From assembly GCA_902623585.1 (NCBI GenBank), contig CACNUO010000001.1, positions 7,564-71,563 on the forward strand: DNA of 64,000 nucleotides. Direction: 5' to 3'. Below, in pieces: positions 38,077 to 48,397 of this stretch. The notes under the pieces were generated by a model, which saw only the letters and a program-made list of their open reading frames with translations, did not search any database and had not been told where the DNA came from. The position numbers and the translations under genes were made by a program. Every line of letters begins with the position of its first letter. Position 1 is the stretch's first letter. Source of the DNA: an uncultured Alphaproteobacteria bacterium. Lineage in GTDB: Bacteria; Pseudomonadota; Alphaproteobacteria; HIMB59; GCA-002718135.

Positions 38077-39087
38077 ATGACAGAAAAAACTGATGTAGTA
38101 ATCATAGGTGCAGGTCCAGTAGGGTTATTTGCTGTATTTGAATTAGGTCTCTTAAATATAAAATGTCATTTGATTGATAATTTAGATAAGGTTGGAGGTC
38201 AGTGCGCTGAATTGTACCCGGAAAAACCAATTTATGATATTCCCTCAAGACCAGTTGTAACAGGACAACAATTAACTGACGAGTTAATTAGACAGATTAA
38301 TCCATTTAAACCTAAATTTCATCTCAACCAACAAGTTGAGAAAATTGCTAAAACAGAATATGGTTGGATTGTAGAGACTAATATAGGAACAAAAGTTGAA
38401 GCAAAGTGTATAGTTATAGCCGCAGGAGCTGGAAGCTTTGTGCCTCGAAAACCTCCAATTGAGAATATTGAGAGTTTCGAAAATAAAAATGTTTTTTACG
38501 CAATTCGAGACAAATCAATATTTAAGAATCAAAAACTTTTAATTGCAGGAGGAGGAGATTCTGCTTTGGACTGGACAAATGAACTATCTAAGGATTCCAA
38601 TGTAACTCTAATACATAGAAGAAAAGAGTTTAGAGCAGCACCTGATTCCGTTTCAAAAATGCAAGAATTAGAATCAAAAGGAAAAATTAAATTTTTAAAA
38701 GGTCAAATAAAAAAGATTTCAAAGATTCAAGATAACAAAATAATGATAGAATACGAAAATGAAGATGAAAGATTAAATATTGAAGTAGATTATCTTTTAC
38801 CATTTTTTGGTTTAAAAATGGAACTAGGTCCAATTGCGGAATGGGGCCTAAACTTACATGAGAACTTAATTAAAGTAGATACTGAAAAATTTGAAACTTC
38901 TACACCTTCAATCTTTGCGATTGGTGACATAAATTGGTACCCAGGAAAACTTAAGCTTATTCTATCAGGATTTCACGAGTCTGCCTTAATGGCTCAAGAA
39001 GTATTCAAGTATTGCTTTCCTGATAAGAAAAACATATTTAGATACACAACATCTTCTAAAGAACTTCAGAAAAAACTAGGTGTTTAA
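38077..39087 (+). CDS. fnr: thioredoxin-reductase-like ferredoxin-NADP(+) reductase
   Basis: 336 aa. VIIGAGPVGLFA (FAD) and GGGDSALDW (NADPH) motifs. No CxxC redox pair, as in YumC-type FNRs. Confidence 0.85.
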   Translation: MTEKTDVVIIGAGPVGLFAVFELGLLNIKCHLIDNLDKVGGQCAELYPEKPIYDIPSRPVVTGQQLTDELIRQINPFKPKFHLNQQVEKIAKTEYGWIVETNIGTKVEAKCIVIAAGAGSFVPRKPPIENIESFENKNVFYAIRDKSIFKNQKLLIAGGGDSALDWTNELSKDSNVTLIHRRKEFRAAPDSVSKMQELESKGKIKFLKGQIKKISKIQDNKIMIEYENEDERLNIEVDYLLPFFGLKMELGPIAEWGLNLHENLIKVDTEKFETSTPSIFAIGDINWYPGKLKLILSGFHESALMAQEVFKYCFPDKKNIFRYTTSSKELQKKLGV

Positions 39088-39398
39088 TGCCGAAGTTAAT
39101 AATCACAGATAGATCAGGTAAAAAGTCTGAAATTGAATATGATAGTAATTTTACATTAATGGAAACTCTTAGAGACAATGGCTATGATATTGAAGCTTCG
39201 TGTGGAGGATGCTGTGCTTGTGCTACCTGTCATGTTTATATTGATGAAAAATGGACAAACAAGCTGAAAAATATAGATGATGATGAAGAATCTATGCTAG
39301 ATCAAGCTTTTGATGTTAAAAATAATTCCAGATTATCTTGTCAAATTGATCTTTCTGAAGAGCTTGATGGCTTAGAGATAGAAATTGCACCAGAATAG
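39087..39398 (+). CDS. fdx: adrenodoxin/putidaredoxin-type [2Fe-2S] ferredoxin
   Basis: 103 aa. CGGCCACATCHV ... SRLSCQI cysteine ligand pattern. The ATG shares one nt with the fnr TAA (TAATG). Confidence 0.9.
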   Translation: MPKLIITDRSGKKSEIEYDSNFTLMETLRDNGYDIEASCGGCCACATCHVYIDEKWTNKLKNIDDDEESMLDQAFDVKNNSRLSCQIDLSEELDGLEIEIAPE

Positions 39399-39400
39399 TA

Positions 39401-39439
39401 TTGACATAAATTATTAATTTGCATACAAACAATTTGTAT
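39401..39439 (+). promoter_or_regulatory. putative sigma70-type promoter (TTGACA 39401..39406, 17-nt spacer, TACAAA 39424..39429) overlapped by a palindrome ATACAAA-N3-TTTGTAT (39423..39439); candidate MarR operator
   Basis: Read directly. It lies in the 48-nt gap upstream of marR, and the 7-bp arms are perfectly complementary. Confidence 0.45.
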
Positions 39440-39446
39440 AAAAACT

Positions 39447-39908
39447 ATGGCAGACACTTCTCTTAATGAGAATAGATTAGCATTATTAATTTGGCAAACA
39501 TCAAACTTATGGCAATCTAAAGTAAGACATAAATTAAAAAAGAGTCAAATCACTTTAAATGAATATCTTATTCTCGAGACAATTTATTTATTACAGCAAG
39601 AAAACATAAATATTACTCAACAGGATATATGTAAAAACGCATCTATTGATAGATCAGTTGTTAGCTTACGTGTTTCTAAACTAGAAGAAAAGAGGTTAAT
39701 ATCAAAACAACAACCACTAGATAAAAGATCTGATAGTTTAATCCTAACAACAGCAGGGAATGATTTAATTACTAATATCATTGATAATATTATTGATCTA
39801 GAAAATGAATTATTTAATAAATTAGGATCAGAAATTTTTAATTTCACAAATTCATTAAAGTTGTTATTGGGTAAAAAAATTAGAATTAGAGCAAAATTAA
39901 ATGATTGA
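39447..39908 (+). CDS. MarR-family transcriptional regulator
   Basis: 153 aa. The winged-helix region (ITLNEYLILETIYLL...ITQQDICKNASIDRSVVSLRVSKLEEKRLI) is typical of MarR. Confidence 0.8.
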   Translation: MADTSLNENRLALLIWQTSNLWQSKVRHKLKKSQITLNEYLILETIYLLQQENINITQQDICKNASIDRSVVSLRVSKLEEKRLISKQQPLDKRSDSLILTTAGNDLITNIIDNIIDLENELFNKLGSEIFNFTNSLKLLLGKKIRIRAKLND

Positions 39909-41484
39909 TCAAGAATTAATACAATCCTTAAAAGCTTGGCCTTTTAAAGAAGCATTACAAATCATTAAAAAAAATGGTGGTTTACAAAACTTTAAAATTC
40001 CATCTAAGGGATATGTATTACTAGAAACTGGTTATGGCCCATCTGGTTTACCTCATATTGGAACTTTTGGTGAAGTTGTAAGAACATCAATGGTAAAAAA
40101 TGCATTTAGCTCTATAATTGATTGCCCTACAAAACTGATCACATTTTCTGATGATATGGATGGATTAAGAAAAGTTCCTGAAAATGTTCCAAATAAAGAA
40201 ATGTTAGAAAAATTTATAGGCAAGCCACTTACTTCTATACCAGATCCATTTGGTAAATTTGAAAGTTTTGGACATCATAATAATGCAAAACTTAGAAGTT
40301 TTTTAGATGAATTTAATTTTGACTATGAGTTTGTCAGCTCAACAGAAAAATACCAAAATGGAGATTTTAATAAAACAATAATAAATATATTTGAAAACTA
40401 TCCAAAGATACTAGAAATTATTTTACCTACCTTAAGGGCAGAAAGAAAAGAAACCTATAGTCCATTTCTACCAATAAGTGAAAATTCAGGTGAGGTTCTT
40501 CAAGTAAAAATTGAAGAATATAAAATAGATTCAAAAACAATTATTTACAGAGATCCATCCATAGACAAGTTAGTTGAAACAGAAGTAATTAATGGAAAAT
40601 GTAAGTTACAGTGGAAAGTCGATTGGGCAATGAGATGGATGTCGTTTGATGTTGATTATGAAATGTGTGGTAAAGATCTTACAGAAAGTGTTGATTTAGG
40701 ATCCAAGATTTGTAGAGCATTAAGTAAAAAACCACCCACTAATCTAATTTATGAAATGTTTTTAGATGAAAAAGGTGAAAAAATTTCTAAGTCAGTCGGA
40801 AATGGTATTAGCGTAGATGAGTGGCTGCGTTATGCTTCTCCAGAGAGTCTTGCACTCTATATGTTCCAAAAACCAAAATCAGCAAAGAAACTTCACTTTG
40901 ATGTAATTCCTAAAACTGTAGATGATTATCTTTCTCATTATAATTCATACTCAAGTTTAGATAAAAATAAACAGTATGATAATCCAATTTGGCATATTCA
41001 TTCAGGAAAACCTAAAGAATTTAAATCAGAAATAAATTTCAATACTCTTACTAACCTAGTAAATGTCTCTAATTCTAAAGATAAAAAAGTAATATGGTCT
41101 TTTATTAATAAATATGATGATCAAATTAACGCTGATAACAACCCTGAATTTGATCGCCTCATAGACTTTGCACTAAATTACTATGAAGATTTTATTTTGC
41201 CTAAAAAGAAATTTTTAGAGATTGATAGTAGTAATAGAGAAGTATTTATTGATATTATTAATGTTTTAGAAAATGAGATTACTGAAAAAAGTTCATCTGA
41301 AGATATTCAAACATTATTATATGAAGTAGGAAAAAAGCACGAATTTGAAAATTTAAAAGATTTTTTTAAACTAGTATATCAAGTTATGCTTGGTCAGGAT
41401 CAAGGCCCTAGACTAGGGTCATTTTTTAAATTATTTGGTTTAAGAGAAACTATTGATTATCTAAAAAAATTAATAGATAATTAA
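39901..41484 (+). CDS. lysK: lysine--tRNA ligase, class I
   Basis: 527 aa. HIGH-like PSGLPHIGTFGEV and KMSKS-like KISKSVGNG. The class I LysRS is typical of Alphaproteobacteria. The start overlaps the marR stop by 8 nt. Confidence 0.9.
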   Translation: MIDQELIQSLKAWPFKEALQIIKKNGGLQNFKIPSKGYVLLETGYGPSGLPHIGTFGEVVRTSMVKNAFSSIIDCPTKLITFSDDMDGLRKVPENVPNKEMLEKFIGKPLTSIPDPFGKFESFGHHNNAKLRSFLDEFNFDYEFVSSTEKYQNGDFNKTIINIFENYPKILEIILPTLRAERKETYSPFLPISENSGEVLQVKIEEYKIDSKTIIYRDPSIDKLVETEVINGKCKLQWKVDWAMRWMSFDVDYEMCGKDLTESVDLGSKICRALSKKPPTNLIYEMFLDEKGEKISKSVGNGISVDEWLRYASPESLALYMFQKPKSAKKLHFDVIPKTVDDYLSHYNSYSSLDKNKQYDNPIWHIHSGKPKEFKSEINFNTLTNLVNVSNSKDKKVIWSFINKYDDQINADNNPEFDRLIDFALNYYEDFILPKKKFLEIDSSNREVFIDIINVLENEITEKSSSEDIQTLLYEVGKKHEFENLKDFFKLVYQVMLGQDQGPRLGSFFKLFGLRETIDYLKKLIDN

Positions 41485-41488
41485 TTTA

Positions 41489-42544
41489 TTGTACAATAGT
41501 TCATTAAAAATATTAAGATTATTGCCTCCCGAGCTATCTCATAATATTACAATTAATTATTTAAAATATTTCAAAGTAAGAAAAAAAAATATTGAGGACT
41601 CTATTCTTTCACAACATTTAATGGGTTTAGATTTTCCAAATCCTATAGGACTCGCTGCAGGTTTTGATAAAAATGCTGAAGTGATGCATTCCATGTTTTC
41701 ATTTGGTTTTGGTTTTCTTGAAGTTGGTACAATTACTCCACAACCTCAAAGTGGTAATTCTAAACCTAGAGTATTTAGATTAAGTGAAGATAAAGCCATA
41801 ATCAATAGTTTAGGTTTTAATAATAAAGGTATTAAAAAAGTAAAAAAAAATTTAATCAAACACCAAAAATCGTACTTAAATAATAAAATTGTAGGAGTTA
41901 ATATTGGAAAAAATAAAAATTCAAGTGAAGCTATTGATGATTATCTTATAGGTTTAGAAGAGTTAGGTGATTTGGCAAGCTATATTACTATAAATATATC
42001 ATCACCAAATACTGAAGGTTTGAGAGATCTACAATTGCGAGGAAAGATAGAAAAATTAATCAAAAAAATTATAGACAAAAGAGATGAAATAAAAAATATT
42101 AATACTAAACCAATATTAATTAAGATTTCACCAGATTTAAATGAAGATCAACTTAGAGATTTAGCTTTAATTTCCCTGGCTAATAACATAGATGGCTTAA
42201 TACTTACGAATAGCACTGTTAAAAGGGATAGTAATTTAATTTCTTTAAACAAAGAAAAAAAAGGCGGTTTAAGTGGCAAACCTCTCTATGATAATTCAAA
42301 CATAATTTTAAAAAAAATGTATGAATTAACAAATGGTCAAATACCATTAATAGGAGTGGGTGGTATATCCAGTGGAAGGGACTGTTATGATAAAATTAAA
42401 TCCGGCGCTTCTCTAGTGCAGTTATATACCGCTTTGGTTTATTCTGGTCCAAATTTAATTAATTCTATGAAAAGTGACTTGATTGATCTTATAAAAACTG
42501 ATGGATATAAAAATGTATCTGACGTTATTGGTAAATCTGTGTAG
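41489..42544 (+). CDS. pyrD: dihydroorotate dehydrogenase (quinone), class 2
   Basis: 351 aa. GFLEVGTITPQPQSGNSKPRVFRL and NISSPNT motifs. TTG start. Confidence 0.9.
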   Translation: MYNSSLKILRLLPPELSHNITINYLKYFKVRKKNIEDSILSQHLMGLDFPNPIGLAAGFDKNAEVMHSMFSFGFGFLEVGTITPQPQSGNSKPRVFRLSEDKAIINSLGFNNKGIKKVKKNLIKHQKSYLNNKIVGVNIGKNKNSSEAIDDYLIGLEELGDLASYITINISSPNTEGLRDLQLRGKIEKLIKKIIDKRDEIKNINTKPILIKISPDLNEDQLRDLALISLANNIDGLILTNSTVKRDSNLISLNKEKKGGLSGKPLYDNSNIILKKMYELTNGQIPLIGVGGISSGRDCYDKIKSGASLVQLYTALVYSGPNLINSMKSDLIDLIKTDGYKNVSDVIGKSV

Positions 42545-42546
42545 TA

Positions 42547-43383
42547 GTGAAAAAAATAAAATCCATTGAAGAAATTATAAATGATTATGACAATTTTATA
42601 ATTGATCAATGGGGTGTAATGCATGATGGAACATTTGGATATGATCATGCTTTAAATTCTATCAATATTCTCAATAGCAATGATAAAAATTTGTTTATAA
42701 TTTCAAATTCATCTAAAAGATCAAAAACATCCATAGATAGACTGCCAAAGCTTGGTTTTAAGAAAAATTCTTTTTTAAATACAGTGACAAGTGGAGAAAT
42801 GATTTGGCAATTACTTAAAGAAAAATATTTAGATGATAAAAATAAAAAAAATTGTTTTCATATTTATGATAAAGAAAAAGAGGATGGTCTAGATTTTAGA
42901 GATGGTTTAAATTTTAATTTTGTAGAAAAAGTAGAAGAATCGGATCTAATTTTAGCTTGTACTCCTTTTATAAATTTACAGCCAATAGAATACATTCCAT
43001 TACTAGAAGTAGCTTATAAAAAAGAAATAACAATGTATTGTGCAAACCCCGACTTTGAAACAGTTGAAAGTAACACTAATAATAATGTCTTTTGTATGGG
43101 CGCAATTGGTGAGATATACAAAAAAATGGGTGGAAATGTTATTATTAAAGGTAAACCTGATGTAAGCATATATACTGAAACCACAAATCAAATTAATTTA
43201 GAAAAAAAAAGAACAGTAGCTATTGGAGACTCATTATTTCATGACATTCAAGGTGCTAATAATTTTGAAATAGATAGTGTTTTAGTAAAATCTGGTATTC
43301 ATAAAGATTTAAATCAAATAAATAATTTAATTAAAAATCATCAAATAGCGCCTACATATATTATAGATAAATTTAGTATTTAG
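42547..43383 (+). CDS. HAD-superfamily subfamily IIA hydrolase (TIGR01459-like)
   Basis: 278 aa. Motif I FIIDQWGVMHDG, motif II ISNSS and motif IV IGDSLFHDIQGA. GTG start. Confidence 0.75.
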   Translation: MKKIKSIEEIINDYDNFIIDQWGVMHDGTFGYDHALNSINILNSNDKNLFIISNSSKRSKTSIDRLPKLGFKKNSFLNTVTSGEMIWQLLKEKYLDDKNKKNCFHIYDKEKEDGLDFRDGLNFNFVEKVEESDLILACTPFINLQPIEYIPLLEVAYKKEITMYCANPDFETVESNTNNNVFCMGAIGEIYKKMGGNVIIKGKPDVSIYTETTNQINLEKKRTVAIGDSLFHDIQGANNFEIDSVLVKSGIHKDLNQINNLIKNHQIAPTYIIDKFSI

Positions 43384-43426
43384 AATACTTGACAAAGTAA
43401 TATTTATATTTACATGCATTTTCATT

Positions 43427-43708
43427 ATGTCAATGAGATGTGAATTAACTGGAAAATCTTTTCAAACTGGTAATAACGTTAGTCACGCTAAAAATAGAAC
43501 AAAAAGACGTTTTAAACCAAATCTTCAAAACATTACTTTTGTTAGCGAAGTATTGGGGCAAAAATTTCAACTTAAAGTTGCAGTTAGTACTATTCGTACA
43601 GTAGAAAAAAAAGGTGGTTTAGATGAATTCCTTATCAACACACCAAACTCTAAATTGCCCTTGAAAGCTAAAAAATTAAAAAAAACTATTCTTACAAAAT
43701 CTAATTAA
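43427..43708 (+). CDS. rpmB: 50S ribosomal protein L28
   Basis: 93 aa. RCELTGKSFQTGNNVSHAKNRTKRRFKPNLQ is the L28 signature. Confidence 0.95.
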   Translation: MSMRCELTGKSFQTGNNVSHAKNRTKRRFKPNLQNITFVSEVLGQKFQLKVAVSTIRTVEKKGGLDEFLINTPNSKLPLKAKKLKKTILTKSN

Positions 43709-43716
43709 ATTTTATA

Positions 43717-44457
43717 ATGGGATTTTTCTTTGAATTAACAACAATACTTAATTCCCTTAGCACTGAACTAATGTGGTTTATAATGCTATTTTTTTGTTTT
43801 TTTTCTATTCTTATTTTTTTAAGAATATTTGGATATATAGGAATTTTTATCTATTCTGCACTAGCTGTAATTGCAGGCAATATTCAAGTTTTAAAAACAG
43901 TAGATTTTTTTTATTCACCTGAACCGGTAGCATTAGGAACTATTCTTTTTGCATCAACATTTTTATGTACTGATATTTTATCTGAATATTATGGTAAGGA
44001 AAAAGCTAGAATGAATATTTTAATTGGTTTCAGTGCGTTCTTATTTATGACTTTATTAATGGTAATTACTATTGGTTTTCAACCATCAGATGCTGATTGG
44101 GTACAAGAGAGTTTATCAAATGTATTTACTCCAATGACAAGATTTTTCATAGCTAGTATGATAGCATATTTAATAAGCCAATATTTTGATGTTTGGTTCT
44201 TTAACTATTTGAAACAAGCTTTATCAGATAAGTCTCTCTGGTTAAGAAATAATTTATCTACTATTATCTCCTCTTTAGTTGATAACACTGTCTTTAGTAT
44301 ATTTGCTTGGATCTTATTAAATCCTGAACCAATAAGTTTGTATAATGTCATAATGATTTATATTTTAGGCACTTATCTTCTTAGAATATTTATAGCCCTA
44401 CTTGACACTCCTTTTATATATATAGCTAAGTTTTTTGTCCCAAAAACTAATGACTAA
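43717..44457 (+). CDS. yhhQ: queuosine-precursor transporter (YhhQ/DUF165, VUT family)
   Basis: 246 aa, 6-7 TM. ...FLCTDILSEYYGKEKAR... and ...YFDVWFFNYLK... resemble YhhQ. It lies immediately upstream of tgt and overlaps it. Confidence 0.75.
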   Translation: MGFFFELTTILNSLSTELMWFIMLFFCFFSILIFLRIFGYIGIFIYSALAVIAGNIQVLKTVDFFYSPEPVALGTILFASTFLCTDILSEYYGKEKARMNILIGFSAFLFMTLLMVITIGFQPSDADWVQESLSNVFTPMTRFFIASMIAYLISQYFDVWFFNYLKQALSDKSLWLRNNLSTIISSLVDNTVFSIFAWILLNPEPISLYNVIMIYILGTYLLRIFIALLDTPFIYIAKFFVPKTND

Positions 44458-45649
44458 CTTTTCTTGGAAAGTTAAAAAAACAAATAAAAATAATAAAGCA
44501 AGAACAGGAAAAATTTCTACACCACATGGTGATATTGAAACTCCGGCATTTATTTTTTGTGCAACAAAAGCTGCACTAAAATCTTTTACTACACTTGAAG
44601 CGAAAAAAAATAATACACAAATTATACTATCAAATACTTACCATTTGATGCTTCAGCCAGGTAGTGAACTAATAGCTCAACATGGAGGTCTTCATAAATT
44701 TACGGGTTGGGATGGGCCTATGTTAACAGATAGTGGTGGATTTCAAATTTTTTCTCTTGGACATGGGTCAGTTGCTGATGAAATAAAAGGACGAAAAACA
44801 AATTCAAAAAATAAAAAAACTTTAATAAATTTGAATGAAGAGGGTGCGTTATTCAAGTCTTATATAGATGGTTCTACTCATATGTTATCTCCTGAAAAAT
44901 CAATAGAGGTTCAAAGAAATCTTGGAGCAGATTTCATCTTGGTTTTTGATGAATGTACTCCCTATAATGTAGATAAAATATATACATCTGATTCTATGTT
45001 AAGAAGTCATAGATGGTCTTTAAGATCCATCAATGCATTTAACTCTAAACTTAATTATAATCCTAAAAATGGCTCAGCTGGTAGACAAGAAATGTATGGT
45101 ATTATACAAGGAGGGATTTACAGAGATTTAAGAGAAGAAAGCATTGAATTTAATACAAAAAATATTAACACTTTTGGAATTGCTATTGGTGGAAGTTTAG
45201 GATCAAATAAAGATGAAATGAAAGATATAGTTCATTTTACTTCTTCTAAATTAGATAATACTCGTCCAGTACATTTACTAGGTATAGGTGATCCAAGGGA
45301 TATATGGGATTTTGTTGCAGATGGAATCGATACATTTGATTGTGTAAGCCCAACTAGAATTGCTAGACATGGATCGGCTTTAGTTAAAGGTAAACAGGGA
45401 AAAATAAACTTAAAAAATGTTAAATATAAAAATAATTTAAGCCCAATAGATAATGAATGTAATTGCTATACTTGTAAGAATTTTACACTGGCATATTTAT
45501 ACCACCTTTTTTCTGCACAAGAATTACTAGGATTACAATTGCTTACTAATCATAATATATATTTTATGAATAATCTTATGAAAGAAATTAGAAGCTCAAT
45601 TGATAACGATGATTTTAATAATGCAAAAAAGAAATGGTTAAATTCTTAA
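44450..45649 (+). CDS. tgt: tRNA-guanine transglycosylase (queuine tRNA-ribosyltransferase)
   Basis: [35 protein letters not shown], and the Zn site CNCYTC...H. ATG 44450 is preferred over the track's TTG 44435. Confidence 0.95.
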   Translation: MTNFSWKVKKTNKNNKARTGKISTPHGDIETPAFIFCATKAALKSFTTLEAKKNNTQIILSNTYHLMLQPGSELIAQHGGLHKFTGWDGPMLTDSGGFQIFSLGHGSVADEIKGRKTNSKNKKTLINLNEEGALFKSYIDGSTHMLSPEKSIEVQRNLGADFILVFDECTPYNVDKIYTSDSMLRSHRWSLRSINAFNSKLNYNPKNGSAGRQEMYGIIQGGIYRDLREESIEFNTKNINTFGIAIGGSLGSNKDEMKDIVHFTSSKLDNTRPVHLLGIGDPRDIWDFVADGIDTFDCVSPTRIARHGSALVKGKQGKINLKNVKYKNNLSPIDNECNCYTCKNFTLAYLYHLFSAQELLGLQLLTNHNIYFMNNLMKEIRSSIDNDDFNNAKKKWLNS

Positions 45650-47427
45650 TTATCTAAATGAAAAGTTGAAGATAATTGATTTAGTAATACTTCGCCTAAC
45701 TGATCGACATCCATTATTGTTACAGCTTTACTATAGTATCTTGAAACATCATGCCCAATTCCTATGGCAATTAATTCAATTTCATCTTTTTTTTCAATTT
45801 CACCAATTATATCTCTTAAATTTTTTTCTAAATAATTACCTGGATTTACAGAAAGTGTTGAGTCATCAACTGGAGCACCATCACTTATAACAATAAGAAT
45901 TTTCCTATTTTCCTTTCGAAAAGATAATCTGTTATAAGCCCATGATAAAGCTTCTCCATCGACATTTTCCTTCAAAATTCCCTCTTTCAATAATAGGCCC
46001 AAATTTTTCTTTGATCTCCTCCATGGTGAGTCTGCAGATTTATAGATAATATGTCTTAGATCATTTAATCTGCCTGGATTAGATGGCTTTCCATTTTTGA
46101 TCCATTTTTCTCTAGAGTTACCTCCCTTCCAAGCTTTGGTTGTAAACCCTAATATTTCAGATTTAATTAAGCATCTTTCCAATGTTTTTGCTAAAATATC
46201 TGAGCAAAGGGCTGCAACCGTAATTGGTCTACCTCTCATCGAACCAGAATTATCAATTAGAAGACTCACAATAGTATCTTTAAATTCAACTTCTTTTTCT
46301 ATTTTGTAGCTTAATTTATTATTTGGATTAGCAATTATTTTTGCTAATCTTGATGTGTCAAGAAAACCCTCTTCCATATTAAAATCCCAATGACGATTTT
46401 GCTGAGCTAAAAGTTTTCTTTGGAGTCTATTGGCAATTTTAACAATTAATGGTTGAAAAGAAAATACTTGTTGGTCAAGATTTCTTCTCAGCTTCTCTAA
46501 TTCTTTGATATCACAAAGCTCCTCAGCATTAATAATTTCATCAAAATTATAATCATAAACTTTATAACTCTCTAAACTCTCTAAAATTTTTCTATCTGGA
46601 AAATAATCTAGTTCAGTATCCCCACTTTCTTCACCCATATCATCATTTTCTTCTAATGAAACTGACTGCTCAACAGTTGTTTCACTTGTTTGCATTTCAA
46701 TATTTGACTCAGTTTGTTCATCATTTTTTTGTTCATCATTATTTTCATTTTCATTATCTTGATCTTCATCGTTTTGATTAATATCTTCATTCTGAGTATT
46801 GTTTGCACTATTATTAAGTAATCCAAGTTCATCTAGTTTTTCAACTATTGTAGATGTATATTTTTCCTGATTATTTAGACATTTCTTCAAATCTTGAAAA
46901 AAGTTTGAATAATCTTTTTTTAATTTTTCTTTTACAATATTTTTAAAACTACTATTATTTTCACCTAAATCCACACCAACAATTTCTTCAAATGCTACAT
47001 TTTTAAATGCTTTAATTAATAAATTTTGATCTTTTTTAGTACTGCCAATTTTAAGATCTCTAATATACTTATTCTTTAGATTTTTTTGTATTCCCTTGAA
47101 TTCATTACTACCAATAGCTTCTACTCGTGCCTGTTCTAAAACATTAATTATTTGGTTTGATAACTCATCTTGATTTAAGAACCTTTGATGTATATCTTTT
47201 GAATGTAATCTGAATTCAAGTGCAAAAGAGTCTGCTTCAGCTCTTAGATATTCGAGGTTATTTTTAAAATTTTCAATTTTTGGTTCAGTTAAATTTATTG
47301 TGTTACCAATTATTGAAGAATTTTCTTTAACAAAATTAATCTCTATATCGTCTTTTTTTCCTATAGATTTTATTGTTGCACTTAATGACTTTTTAAAATC
47401 TTCAATAATTTCGCTATTCTTTGACAT
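45646..47427 (-). CDS. cobT: CobT-like protein (vWA domain with MIDAS motif, acidic central insert)
   Basis: 593 aa. C-terminal vWA with [11 protein letters not shown] (DxSxS MIDAS). Acidic low-complexity stretch [26 protein letters not shown]. Overlaps the cobS stop by 14 nt. Confidence 0.85.
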   Translation of the reverse strand: MSKNSEIIEDFKKSLSATIKSIGKKDDIEINFVKENSSIIGNTINLTEPKIENFKNNLEYLRAEADSFALEFRLHSKDIHQRFLNQDELSNQIINVLEQARVEAIGSNEFKGIQKNLKNKYIRDLKIGSTKKDQNLLIKAFKNVAFEEIVGVDLGENNSSFKNIVKEKLKKDYSNFFQDLKKCLNNQEKYTSTIVEKLDELGLLNNSANNTQNEDINQNDEDQDNENENNDEQKNDEQTESNIEMQTSETTVEQSVSLEENDDMGEESGDTELDYFPDRKILESLESYKVYDYNFDEIINAEELCDIKELEKLRRNLDQQVFSFQPLIVKIANRLQRKLLAQQNRHWDFNMEEGFLDTSRLAKIIANPNNKLSYKIEKEVEFKDTIVSLLIDNSGSMRGRPITVAALCSDILAKTLERCLIKSEILGFTTKAWKGGNSREKWIKNGKPSNPGRLNDLRHIIYKSADSPWRRSKKNLGLLLKEGILKENVDGEALSWAYNRLSFRKENRKILIVISDGAPVDDSTLSVNPGNYLEKNLRDIIGEIEKKDEIELIAIGIGHDVSRYYSKAVTIMDVDQLGEVLLNQLSSTFHLDN

Positions 47428-48397
47428 TAACTACTTTGGCATCAGTAATATCAATTCCAAATGATCTTTGAAAATATTCTTGTAAGATAGATCTCTCCAT
47501 TTCATCACATCTATTTAAAAAAGATAGTTTAAAAGAATATTCAATATCATTAAATAGAAGGTAATTTTCTGCCCAAGTTAATACAGTTCTTGGGCTCATA
47601 ACAGTTGAAATATCACCATTAATAAATCCTGATCTTGAAAGATCTGCAGTAGCTACCATACATTTAACAATATCTTTTCCATCCTTATTATTAAGTTTTT
47701 TTATTTTACTTAAAATAATTTTTATCTCTTGGTCATTACTTAGATAATTCAAGGTTGATACAATATTCCACCTATCCATTTGACCTTGGTTTATTTGTTG
47801 AGTTCCATGATACAAACCAGATGTATCACCCAGACCAACGGTGTTAGCTGTAGCAAACAACCTAAAAAATTTGTGGGGTTTAATTACTCTAGATTGATCA
47901 AGTAAAGTTAACTTACCTTCTGATTCTAGAATACGTTGAATAACAAACATAACATCTGGTCTACCAGCATCATACTCATCAAAGACTAAAGCTACTGGAT
48001 TTTTGTAAGACCAAGGTAGTATACCATCTTGAAACTCTGTTACTTGTTTATTGTCTTTAAGAATAATTGCATCTTTGCCAATTAAATCTATTCTACTGAT
48101 ATGACTATCTAGATTAATTCTTATGCATGGCCAGTTAAGTCTGGCAGCAACTTGTTCAATATGAGTAGATTTACCTGTGCCATGATATCCTTGTATCAGT
48201 ACTCTTCTATTAGAAGAAAAACCAGCAAGTATAGAAAGTGTAGTTGTTGGATCAAAAATATATGTTTGATCTATTTCTGGAACATGCTCAGTCTTTTCCT
48301 CAAATTTATAAACATCAAAATCACAGGAAACTCCATATAATTCCTTAGGATCAATTTTGATGCTAGGAGATATTTCGATATTTTTTTTATTTGTCAT
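47414..48397 (-). CDS. cobS: CobS-like AAA+ (MoxR-type) ATPase
   Basis: 327 aa. [40 protein letters not shown]... and the Walker [14 protein letters not shown] are near-identical in pattern to alphaproteobacterial CobS. Confidence 0.9.
   Translation of the reverse strand: MTNKKNIEISPSIKIDPKELYGVSCDFDVYKFEEKTEHVPEIDQTYIFDPTTTLSILAGFSSNRRVLIQGYHGTGKSTHIEQVAARLNWPCIRINLDSHISRIDLIGKDAIILKDNKQVTEFQDGILPWSYKNPVALVFDEYDAGRPDVMFVIQRILESEGKLTLLDQSRVIKPHKFFRLFATANTVGLGDTSGLYHGTQQINQGQMDRWNIVSTLNYLSNDQEIKIILSKIKKLNNKDGKDIVKCMVATADLSRSGFINGDISTVMSPRTVLTWAENYLLFNDIEYSFKLSFLNRCDEMERSILQEYFQRSFGIDITDAKVVNVKE

Noticed and set aside
43389-43426. A TTGACA hexamer upstream of rpmB, considered as a promoter -35 box.
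   Set aside because: No acceptable -10 hexamer lies at 16-18 nt spacing. ACATGC sits at 17 nt, and TATATT only at 10 nt. I therefore did not annotate a promoter.
45646-48397. Reading cobS/cobT as evidence for cobalamin biosynthesis.
   Set aside because: There is no cobN or any other cob/cbi gene in the window. The pair is instead coupled to a J-domain protein and faces bolA. I kept the family names but reported the functional doubt as a finding.
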